A stretch of DNA of 10,134 nt from a virus. Positions within the stretch are counted from its first letter, which is position 1, and the number at the start of each line of letters is the position of its first letter. Below are positions 1 to 6,187 of this stretch, one piece after another. Location: the UHGV virus genome UHGV-1424210. One strand, given 5' to 3'. The position numbers were made by a program, and so were the translations under genes. The notes beneath the pieces were generated by a model, which ran no database searches, was not told the DNA's origin, and saw nothing but the letters and a program-made list of their open reading frames with translations.

Positions 1-96
1 AGATTCGCGCCATGTGCTTTTGCCCTTGAGCAATTCCTTAAAGAGTACAGGGAAACGCGCCCATTGCAGGTATGGCAACGAACTGAACCAGACTGA
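1..96 (+). CDS. Possible 3' end of a gene entering from the left edge (partial, 31 codons, stop TGA 94-96)
   Basis: Frame 1 is open from the window edge to TGA at 94-96 (…RFAPCAFALEQFLKEYRETRPLQVWQRTEPD). A plus-strand intrinsic terminator lies about 65 bp downstream. No recognisable motif. Confidence 0.25.
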   Translation, partial: RFAPCAFALEQFLKEYRETRPLQVWQRTEPD

Positions 97-160
97 TTGC
101 ATTGCCCACCAGCCTGATAGCGGCTATCATCCCCGTGCTTATGTTTAGTGTTTTCCCATT

Positions 161-189
161 GGCGACCGCCCCCGGTCGCCTTTGTTTTA
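161..189 (+). terminator. Rho-independent terminator, plus-strand orientation
   Basis: Perfect 8-bp GC-rich stem GGCGACCG (161-168) / CGGTCGCC (173-180) with loop CCCC, followed by TTTGTTTTA (181-189). On the minus strand the hairpin is not followed by a U-tract. Confidence 0.5.
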
Positions 190-207
190 TGTGTCATATG
201 CTCCCCT

Positions 208-417
208 TTACACTGCCTTACCTGAATTAATGCGATCCCGGCTTTTAACCCATTCCATAACCTCGGACAGCAGCCACCCTACAGAACGACCGCCCAGATT
301 AAGACGTGACGGAAAGCTCCCTTTTTTCTCCAGTTCGTAGCGTGTAGTGCGACACACTCCAGTTAACTTACGACATTCATCCTCACGGATTACGCGATCT
401 TCATTTATTTCACGCAT
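208..417 (-). CDS. alpA: AlpA-family (prophage CP4-57 regulatory protein / excisionase-like) helix-turn-helix regulator, about 69 aa
   Basis: Translation MREINEDRVIREDECRKLTGVCRTTRYELEKKGSFPSRLNLGGRSVGWLLSEVMEWV fits the AlpA/Xis-like HTH pattern. Start set at the ATG at 417-415. The ORF-track start at 504 is a GTG directly abutting AAGAGG, with no usable spacing, and would add 29 non-conserved residues. Confidence 0.75.
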   Translation of the reverse strand: MREINEDRVIREDECRKLTGVCRTTRYELEKKGSFPSRLNLGGRSVGWLLSEVMEWVKSRDRINSGKAV

Positions 418-758
418 ACAAAAACCTACATAAAAATTACGTATATAAACTTTTCTCTTAGCTGTAGATATATGAGATCGGATATTACTTAGATTCTTTT
501 TCACCTCTTAAATTAAAAACACAACCATGCTAAAGGCTTTGTTCGCTAAGGTTCGTAGAAGCTCGTTAGTGTTTAAAATCGTGTCACGAGTTTTTAAGCG
601 ACGCAACAAAAAATGTCGTCATTTGGCATGACACCTTAATTACCTCATTAAAAACAAATAGATAAACCATCAGGTGTTGGAACAATCAAGAAACAGAGAA
701 TAAGAACTCAGAAGAAGACATTTCAATTTTTTTCGATAGTTGACACATATAAAGAGAA

Positions 759-784
759 GATATTTGCAGATATTCCCCGATATT
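759..784. promoter_or_regulatory. Three GATATT hexamers at exact 10-bp phasing (759, 769, 779) in the AT-rich int-alpA spacer
   Basis: gatatttgca gatattcccc gatattctaa; helical phasing suggests a protein-binding array. It lies upstream of alpA and just downstream of the int stop. Confidence 0.35.
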
Positions 785-798
785 CTAAGATCTATTCA

Positions 799-830
799 CG
801 GCTGTAATCTCTTAAAGAAAAAACAGCCGT
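799..830. other. Inverted repeat ACGGCTGT (799-806) / ACAGCCGT (823-830) immediately downstream of the int stop
   Basis: Perfect 8-bp inverted repeat separated by 16 bp of A/T-rich sequence. Not a canonical terminator because no U-tract follows on the minus strand. Confidence 0.3.
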
Positions 831-836
831 AATTTG

Positions 837-2075
837 TCAAGAATTTTGGGGGTAAATTCGCGGGGTCATAACAACGATTTTTTCATCATTGTTCTGGAGA
901 AGCTCGAGACGGTCTACCCATAGATTAAGAGCATCACGTTTTGCATCAAGGTAGCGGGAGTGGTTATAGACTCGTTGCATCCCTGGCATCTGGTGGGCTG
1001 TAAGCTGCTCGACAATATGCGGATCCACGCCTAAATCGTTCAGCATGGTTGTAAATGTGTGCCGGATATCGTGTAACGTCCAGGGGGCTTGATTAATTCG
1101 TCTGTGCGCTGTTCTTCCGTACTCTGCTACCGAAGATTGTCCTTTCAGTTCACCAAGCAATAAGCCTGTGTGTCTGTTCTGCTCCACCAGTTGCGTGACG
1201 AACGGCAAAATGCTTTCCGGTATTGGCCTGAATATGGCGACCTTCGTTTTGCTGTGCTCCTTCGGTACTGTCCAGAGCATTTCTTTAAAATCCCACTCCT
1301 GCACCTCAGAGCGCCTTAGCTCAGTGGTACGGCATCCAAAAACAATCAGGAGGCGAATTAGGGCGCTGTAGTATGGCGGGAATATTTTGTCATCCAGGGC
1401 GCGGAGTAATTCCCCAAGCTCCTTATTTGTTAGTACGCGCTCGCTCACTTCTGCTTTTTTTCCCACATCACCGACAACCATATCATCAAGAACGTTGCTG
1501 ATTGCGTATCGTCGTTTTCGGCAGTACTTAAGCGCCTGTTTGCATACCTGTAGCAAAAATCCGGCAGATACAGGGCTTCGCTTTGCCATCTGGTCAAAAC
1601 ATGCCAACCAGTGCCGTAGCTCGCATTTTTCCAACGGCAAAGCGCCAATCTGGCTGATTATGTGTTTATTGATCCGGCTTTTCAGTGATTCGTAGTCAGT
1701 GCGCTTTTCCTTTGCATACGATTCAAGCCAGTAAGTGAGCGCTTCCTTAACTGTCACGGGGGCTAACGCATCCTGTACAGCACGATTAAGCTCATAGCGC
1801 GGATTTTTCCCCTCAGCCAGCCAGGCGCGACACTGTGCTGCTTTTTCCCTGGCTGCTTTCAGGCTCAGATCGGGATAATTGCCCAGTCTCAGACGTTCCG
1901 GTGATACCTGCCTACCAGTTCCGGCCCTGTAAGTGAAATACCAGGTTAACAGGCCGCTGGTGGAATGTCTTACGCTAAGATTGCCACCGTCATTAAAAAA
2001 GGCGTTTTTTGTGGTTGGTGATCCGCTTAATTTTCGTAAAAGAGTGTCGCTAAGTCTATGAATTGCGCTGCTCAT
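837..2075 (-). CDS. int: Site-specific tyrosine recombinase (P4-type integrase), 412 aa
   Basis: Full-length ORF starting with ATG at 2075-2073. C-terminal catalytic-domain signatures: conserved Arg in LIVFGCRTTELRR, His-x-x-Arg box WTLHDIRHTFTT, and a C-terminal Tyr region QRVYNHSRYLD. Overall resemblance to P4/CP4-57-type integrases. Confidence 0.9.
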   Translation of the reverse strand: MSSAIHRLSDTLLRKLSGSPTTKNAFFNDGGNLSVRHSTSGLLTWYFTYRAGTGRQVSPERLRLGNYPDLSLKAAREKAAQCRAWLAEGKNPRYELNRAVQDALAPVTVKEALTYWLESYAKEKRTDYESLKSRINKHIISQIGALPLEKCELRHWLACFDQMAKRSPVSAGFLLQVCKQALKYCRKRRYAISNVLDDMVVGDVGKKAEVSERVLTNKELGELLRALDDKIFPPYYSALIRLLIVFGCRTTELRRSEVQEWDFKEMLWTVPKEHSKTKVAIFRPIPESILPFVTQLVEQNRHTGLLLGELKGQSSVAEYGRTAHRRINQAPWTLHDIRHTFTTMLNDLGVDPHIVEQLTAHQMPGMQRVYNHSRYLDAKRDALNLWVDRLELLQNNDEKIVVMTPRIYPQNS

Positions 2076-2098
2076 GTTTAGCGTTTCCGGTCATCAAA

Positions 2099-2355
2099 AT
2101 TAACTACACCATTGACTACACCGTGCATCGTACAAGGGCAAACCGTGACGAACAAGAGCGAACAAGGAAAACAAAATTTTCCTTTATAATCATAGCGATG
2201 AATGCACACAAAACACTACCACGAACACCCGCGAACACTAGATGATAAATAACTATCATTTATATCATTTAGTTAATTAGTCTTTATTTTTCATTATGTT
2301 GCAAATAACAAGCCCGTCAAAAACAGTGATATTAACTACACCATTAACTACACCG
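2099..2355. repeat. Pair of 25-bp direct repeats, ATTAACTACACCATT(G/A)ACTACACCG, at 2099-2123 and 2331-2355
   Basis: The two copies differ at one position and are 232 bp apart. Each is itself a tandem duplication of ATT(A/G)ACTACACC. They flank the putative int promoter. Confidence 0.7.
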
Positions 2356-2386
2356 CTTCACGAACAATATCGAACAACCGCGAACA
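2149..2386. repeat. Seven CGAACA hexamers in helically phased (10-bp) groups upstream of int
   Basis: CGAACA at 2149 and 2159; at 2222 and 2232; and at 2361, 2371 and 2381, with exact 10-bp spacing within each group. Candidate integrase arm-type or AlpA/RDF binding sites. Confidence 0.6.
2293..2320 (-). promoter_or_regulatory. Candidate sigma70 promoter directed toward int
   Basis: On the minus strand: -35 TTGACG (reverse complement of 2315-2320), 16-bp spacer, -10 CATAAT (reverse complement of 2293-2298). Predicted leader of about 210 nt to the int ATG at 2075. Lies between the repeat groups. Confidence 0.35.
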
Positions 2387-2642
2387 AAGATCAACACGCT
2401 TTAATCATTATCATTTTCCGGCTATCCGTCATGAAGCTGGTGGATGATCTGCGTGGTGATTTCCACCATTCAGAGCAGGGGCGGTCATCATGACCATGCC
2501 ATAACAAAAACCCCATATTCGTGGTTTTTCTGTGTCGGGGCTATTCTGCTGTTGCCGTGCTGGTGGATATTCTCCGGTATGCGGCTCCCCATATCGGCAT
2601 CAGGCCCACCAGCGTGAAGCGTTTTTCATTTTTCGCGGGTAT

Positions 2643-2702
2643 AAAAAATCGATGGGGCGGGCAGTCCTGAAGACGTCAGGGTACAGAGATTTGACCCGCC
2701 CC
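2643..2702 (-). terminator. Intrinsic terminator (minus strand): compound GC stem followed by U6
   Basis: GGGGCGGG (2654-2661) pairs with CCCGCCCC (2695-2702), enclosing an inner hairpin CCTGA-agacg-TCAGG (2666-2680). On the minus-strand RNA this is followed by AUCGAUUUUUUAU (plus-strand A-run 2643-2648). Confidence 0.5.
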
Positions 2703-2716
2703 TCCCTGTGCATGAG

Positions 2717-2752
2717 CACAATAAGTAACCGAAGGCGGAATTCCGCCCTCGG
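2717..2752 (-). terminator. Intrinsic terminator (minus strand): 10-bp stem around GGCGGAATTCCGCC plus U-rich tail
   Basis: Minus-strand RNA CCGAGGGCGG-AAUU-CCGCCUUCGG (one G-U pair) followed by UUACUUAUUGUG. First terminator reached after the packaging operon. Confidence 0.5.
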
Positions 2753-2784
2753 TACTTACATATGAGAAACGATATTTCTTCCAC

Positions 2785-2925
2785 CGATACCCTTTATTTG
2801 GGTATCGCGAGTAAGCCCCAAAATCTGGGTGTTACTCTTACTACCCAAACTACGGGTAGTTTCCGTAGTTTCATGGTCGAGTTGCAAATCTGCAACTCAC
2901 CCACCAGCCAACGCAATTTTGCGTT
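2785..2925. other. Cluster of four hairpins / inverted repeats in the untranslated region downstream of the packaging genes
   Basis: H1 CGATACCC-tttattt-GGGTATCG (2785-2807); H2 alternative stems ACTACCC/GGGTAGT (2840-2860) or AAACTACGG/CCGTAGTTT (2847-2871); H3 GAGTTGC-aaatct-GCAACTC (2879-2898); H4 AACGCA-attt-TGCGTT (2910-2925). Confidence 0.45.
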
Positions 2926-2943
2926 ATCGGGAATATCAGCAAG

Positions 2944-3324
2944 TTACCGCCGCAGTCGTTCCGGCTTCTTCCACTGGTAAGTACTTTTCGCGCTCTCCCT
3001 CCGTTGTTGAGAACGGCGACGGTATGCCAGCAACTCAAGGACTCTGGTTCGTATGTTGCGCATATCCACGCCGTTAAGCTCAATACCATCACGGCGCATC
3101 ACCTCAGCAACAACACGCGCGTAATTTTCGGCTATCACGCTGTCCGGCTGCGTGGCCTCCTGTTCGCCAGCCTGCTGGCTGATTCCGGTAATACTGCGGA
3201 TTATCCCGAGCGCTTCGGTCTCGGTCATGGTCATGGTCATGGCCTCCATAGTGATGGCGGGTCCTCCTTGTGGGGTGCCCTGCCACGGGGCGGGAGCATC
3301 GCGGAAAAAGGCTAGTTTTTGCAT
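2944..3324 (-). CDS. Hypothetical protein downstream of terS (126 aa from ATG 3324; more likely about 101 aa from ATG 3249)
   Basis: Same strand as the operon. A strong SD, AAGGAGGA, lies 13 nt upstream of the internal ATG at 3249; the ATG at 3324 has no SD. Contains an in-frame (ATGACC)3 repeat encoding MTMTMT. No recognisable family. Confidence 0.45.
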   Translation of the reverse strand: MQKLAFFRDAPAPWQGTPQGGPAITMEAMTMTMTETEALGIIRSITGISQQAGEQEATQPDSVIAENYARVVAEVMRRDGIELNGVDMRNIRTRVLELLAYRRRSQQRRESAKSTYQWKKPERLRR

Positions 3325-3485
3325 TTTTATTCGTCATCACCACCAATGCAATATATTGATATGACTTGATGTTTTATTTTTCGGTGTCGATTTCGATTGT
3401 TTTTTGTTCATCACTGACGCATAACGCCCACCAGCGCAACGCTGAAAGCCAGTCAGTAAACTGGCTTCGGTCATTGTGCACTACG

Positions 3486-4028
3486 TTACTTGTCTTTATC
3501 CGGCTGAAACTTATCAGGCACATTTCCGGTAGTTTCCATCAGATAATCGGACAGCATTCGCGGGATGTTTTCATCAAGTTTTGTGCATGCGTTACAGGCT
3601 CTGACAACTTCTTTTTTCAGGCCATCCAGCATGACGGGGGTCATCTGTGGGAAGCTCCTTTGCATAGTAAGCGGGAGGCTGTCCATGATTGATGAAATCT
3701 GACTCGCCAGTTTTGAAAGCGCGTACATGCAAAACTCTGTATCAATCACGTCACCGCGATCGCGCTCGTTTTTAAGTTCCTGCGCCTCCGCCTGTGCTGT
3801 CAGTAATCTGATCCTGACTCGTAAGAGTTCATCATCATCAATCTCGCCTTTGTCGTTTGTAAGCTGGCTAATTGCATTGTTAACCCTATTGTCTATCACG
3901 CTGGCAACATCATAAAACGCCTCACGGCCTTTACGTTCAACGGGAGTCACTCCCCACTTGTCGAATGCTGTAGCACTTACCCGGCAGCTTTGCGCCATGG
4001 TTTTTTTGTTCATCAGGTGCGATTTCAT
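3486..4028 (-). CDS. Terminase small subunit, lambda Nu1-like
   Basis: Full-length collinear similarity to lambda Nu1 as recalled: RLLTAQAEAQELKNERDRGDVIDTEFCMYALSKLASQISSIMDSLPLTMQRSFP… versus lambda RLTRAQADAQELKNARDSAEVVETAFCTFVLSRIAGEIASILDGLPLSVQRRFP…; C-terminus ENIPRMLSDYLMETTG versus ELIPGLLSEYIEQSG. The ORF-track start at 4031 is TTG; ATG candidates are 4028 and 4013 (MNKK…, matching lambda MEVNKK…). Confidence 0.85.
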   Translation of the reverse strand: MKSHLMNKKTMAQSCRVSATAFDKWGVTPVERKGREAFYDVASVIDNRVNNAISQLTNDKGEIDDDELLRVRIRLLTAQAEAQELKNERDRGDVIDTEFCMYALSKLASQISSIMDSLPLTMQRSFPQMTPVMLDGLKKEVVRACNACTKLDENIPRMLSDYLMETTGNVPDKFQPDKDK

Positions 4029-4129
4029 CAATATCCCAACTTGGTCAAGGTTTCAGGTTGGTGTGTTGGTGTTATCTTTCCCTTTTTATTCATGGAGATA
4101 GAGCAAACAACAAAACCACCACCACCACC

Positions 4130-4215
4130 CTGAAAAAGCTCATAAATAGCGAAAAACCGCAAGGTCGCCGCCCCGTAGCCTACCGGATCGCCGGAAAGGA
4201 CCCGCCAGCCAGAAC
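4130..4215 (-). other. Lambda-type cos site (cosQ/cosN-like); cosN cohesive-end sequence at 4162-4173
   Basis: Minus strand reads GGGCGGCGACCT at 4173-4162, identical to the lambda 12-nt cohesive end as recalled. Both flanks also resemble lambda: CGGGTCCTTTCCGGCGATCCGGTAGGCTACG upstream and TGCGGTTTTTCGCTATTTATGA downstream. About 135 bp upstream of the terS start, as in lambda. Confidence 0.8.
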
Positions 4216-4229
4216 GGGACCTAATTTCA

Positions 4230-4613
4230 TCAACCAATCAACTTATAGCGACCATCCCGTGCATTGCGACGTACACGCTCAATCTTGAGGCATAGCGCCG
4301 CATCTGGCTTTTTTGGGACAGGTACGCGGCAATATTCAGAAGCTCGAGGAATATTGTTTATCCAGTCGATCACTTCACTTAAATACCAGGCCTTACGCCC
4401 TTCCGTAACCTGTACGCGCTCGGGGAACTCTCCGCGAGCCTCAAGGTTTAGCAATGTGCGACGGCTAAGGGTAGTAAGTTCCATCACCTGATTCATATCA
4501 ACAAGGCGTTCACTTAAACGCATTTTGTCAGCAATAGCCTTTAATTCCTCTACTGCTGGATCCGGATACATCATTTCGGCAATTGGCTTAAGGTCATTGT
4601 AATGATTCTGCAT
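4230..4613 (-). CDS. AlpA-family HTH protein with an approximately 45-aa N-terminal extension (127 aa)
   Basis: C-terminal part VMELTTLSRRTLLNLEARGEFPERVQVTEGRKAWYLSEVIDWI matches the AlpA/excisionase-like HTH pattern. ATG at 4613 is preceded by SD AAGGGGGA at 5-nt spacing. Sits between the D-like gene and cos. Confidence 0.75.
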   Translation of the reverse strand: MQNHYNDLKPIAEMMYPDPAVEELKAIADKMRLSERLVDMNQVMELTTLSRRTLLNLEARGEFPERVQVTEGRKAWYLSEVIDWINNIPRASEYCRVPVPKKPDAALCLKIERVRRNARDGRYKLIG

Positions 4614-4624
4614 TGTATCCCCCT

Positions 4625-4966
4625 TTACACACGAGCCAGCGGCTGAACAGAAATACCTGAGCCAACAAACGCGGCAACCTTTGCCGACAGTTCTTTTACA
4701 GACTCAGGCCAGTTCAGAGCATCAACATTTAAAACACCTGTCTTATAAACCTGTGCCTGTGTTTTTTTCGCTGTGTCGATTTGTACAGCGGAAACATAAA
4801 CCGCTTTGCCTGCGCTCGTTCCATCCCATACCACTAGCGCACCAGTTGCATCTTCCTGCATCAGTGGCGTAAACGCAGGTATTACCCCTTTATTGGCTGA
4901 AAATATCCCCAGCGTAGTAACCAGTGCTTCAGTGCCAGACATGAGTTCAGTGTAATGAGTAGCCAT
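4625..4966 (-). CDS. Head decoration protein, lambda gpD-like (113 aa)
   Basis: Similar length to lambda D (110 aa), with shared motifs THY, TPLM, WDGT, KTG, WPE and a C-terminal AF-G-x-IS. SD AAGGGGGAG upstream of the ATG at 4966. Starts 10 bp after the capsid gene stop. Confidence 0.8.
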   Translation of the reverse strand: MATHYTELMSGTEALVTTLGIFSANKGVIPAFTPLMQEDATGALVVWDGTSAGKAVYVSAVQIDTAKKTQAQVYKTGVLNVDALNWPESVKELSAKVAAFVGSGISVQPLARV

Positions 4967-4975
4967 TGCTCCCCC

Positions 4976-6022
4976 TTAGCCAATGCGAACGGTAACAAAA
5001 CGATTGATGCGGGCCGGTATTGGCTGTGGTGCTGAATGTGTCTGCACATATTCAATAGCCGGATCACCAGGCACAATATAGTTTTTCGGTGCAAGTTCGG
5101 CTTTAGTCAGCCCCATCCGGATTAGCTCCGGATCCTGAATACCGCCATAAGCGACAATCCCCTGAAGAGCCGTATTGCCAAGCACCATCAAATCAGGATC
5201 AAGGAAATATTTTTCAGTTCCGTCCTCGTCGGTATAACGCCCGCTGTAAACAACAATCGCAACATCGCCCATATACCCTTTAAAACTCACCGAATCACCA
5301 AGGTCTTTAAGGGCCGTTTCCAGTTCGGAATTAGAACCACGACGAGTATCCAGAGCCTCTTTTATCGCCCTGAATGAACGGTATTTCTTCCATACATTAC
5401 CGCCCATAATGATAATATTAGTGACGCCCTCACTAAATTCTGCGTAGCTCTCAATATCATCATTTGGATCAAAAGCTTCTTTATCCTTACCTGACCACTC
5501 AGCACCGCCAGACTGAGTGATGATATTTTGTGGTTTAATATTCCAGTCCAGCTCATAACGTTCAATACCATCGCCCTCAATGATATTTTTCCCCGTTGTG
5601 ATTGCCTGAACGGCAAGCCATTCAATACGTGCACGAATAGCTTTAGCCTGATTTACAATCGCCTGTTTAACTTTAATATTACGCGCTCCAAAAGCATTGT
5701 ATTGCTCAGGTGATACACCAGCAGGGCGCACAGCTAACTTATTTGGATCAATGCTGCTTTTCGGTTTCATATAGCCAGGGCGAATTGTTTTTGATTCGTA
5801 TCCCTCATCTCGTGAAACTTTACTGCCCACCATAGGAGAGCAAAACGCCGCGATCGGGATATTTGGATCGTCGATCGTATCAAGAATAATGTCTCTCGAT
5901 TCAAACATTACCGAGCGAGTGAAAAACAAACTGGTAAACAACGCATTTAATTTTTTTTGCACATCTTCAGCATTAGCCACCTGCACAAGCTGTGTAGGCG
6001 AATATAAGTCAACCATACTCAT
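4976..6022 (-). CDS. Major capsid protein, lambda gpE-like (about 348 aa)
   Basis: Collinear similarity to lambda gpE as recalled, e.g. NIITQSGGAEWSGKDKEAFDPNDDIESYA and ALDTRRGSNSELETALKDLGDSVSFKGYMGDVAIVVYSGRY versus lambda NITQSGGTEWSKRDKSTYDPTDDIEAYA and KLDTRRGSNSELETAVKDLGKAVSYKGMYGDVAIVVYSGQY. Start set by homology at MSMVDLY (ATG 6022); the alternative ATG at 6016 has better SD spacing. The ORF-track start at 6103 is TTG. Confidence 0.9.
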   Translation of the reverse strand: MSMVDLYSPTQLVQVANAEDVQKKLNALFTSLFFTRSVMFESRDIILDTIDDPNIPIAAFCSPMVGSKVSRDEGYESKTIRPGYMKPKSSIDPNKLAVRPAGVSPEQYNAFGARNIKVKQAIVNQAKAIRARIEWLAVQAITTGKNIIEGDGIERYELDWNIKPQNIITQSGGAEWSGKDKEAFDPNDDIESYAEFSEGVTNIIIMGGNVWKKYRSFRAIKEALDTRRGSNSELETALKDLGDSVSFKGYMGDVAIVVYSGRYTDEDGTEKYFLDPDLMVLGNTALQGIVAYGGIQDPELIRMGLTKAELAPKNYIVPGDPAIEYVQTHSAPQPIPARINRFVTVRIG

Positions 6023-6187
6023 CCTCTTTACATTCATTACAAATAATTGTGAATATATTCTATTACCGATGTCTGCTATGCGAATACATGCAACCAAGTG
6101 CAATGTTGTATAAAATATGCTGTGACAACTTCAGTGCTGATAATTCGTGTTAATGTATTTACTTCCTTTGGTCGGGATTTATGTAGC

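Noticed and set aside
418-504. Longer AlpA start at the GTG at 504 (98-aa product)
   Set aside because: The GTG directly abuts the only purine-rich stretch, and the extra 29 residues are not part of the AlpA fold; the ATG at 417 gives a canonical-length protein.
1168-1695. Plus-strand ORFs (67 and 102 aa) and a minus-strand 67-aa ORF inside the integrase gene
   Set aside because: They are fully embedded in the well-supported integrase CDS, antisense or out of frame, with no signals.
2063-2493. Plus-strand ORFs of 60 and 65 aa in the int upstream region
   Set aside because: They overlap the repeat array and promoter, lack SD sequences, and their translations are repeat-derived.
2879-2909. 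tRNA-like 3' end (hairpin followed by CACCCACCA) that could mark a tRNA att site
   Set aside because: The hairpin has a 7-bp stem and 6-nt loop with no T-loop consensus. No acceptor-stem partner or D/anticodon arms could be built on either strand.
104-2911. CCCACCAGC 9-mer recurring at 105-113, 2605-2613 and 2901-2909 as a possible att core repeat
   Set aside because: Matches are only 9-10 bp, which is expected by chance several times in 10 kb on both strands; the flanks do not extend the identity.
3004-3364. Overlapping ORFs on both strands (103, 80 and 70 aa) across the 2944-3324 gene, including a GHGHGHG translation
   Set aside because: These are alternative frames of the same GC-rich segment; the His/Gly and Met/Thr runs are read-throughs of the ATGACC repeat.
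4058-4288. 76-aa plus-strand ORF overlapping cos
   Set aside because: It is antisense to the operon and covers the cos site and the (ACC)5 tract (giving a TTTTT run); no SD.
5362-5713. 90-aa minus-strand and 61-aa plus-strand ORFs inside the capsid gene
   Set aside because: They are out of frame or antisense within the capsid CDS, which has strong collinear homology.
6023-6187. Specific sigma70 promoter call for the capsid operon
   Set aside because: The AT-rich spacer holds several weak -10-like hexamers (TAGAAT, TATATT) but none with a convincing -35 at 16-18 bp.
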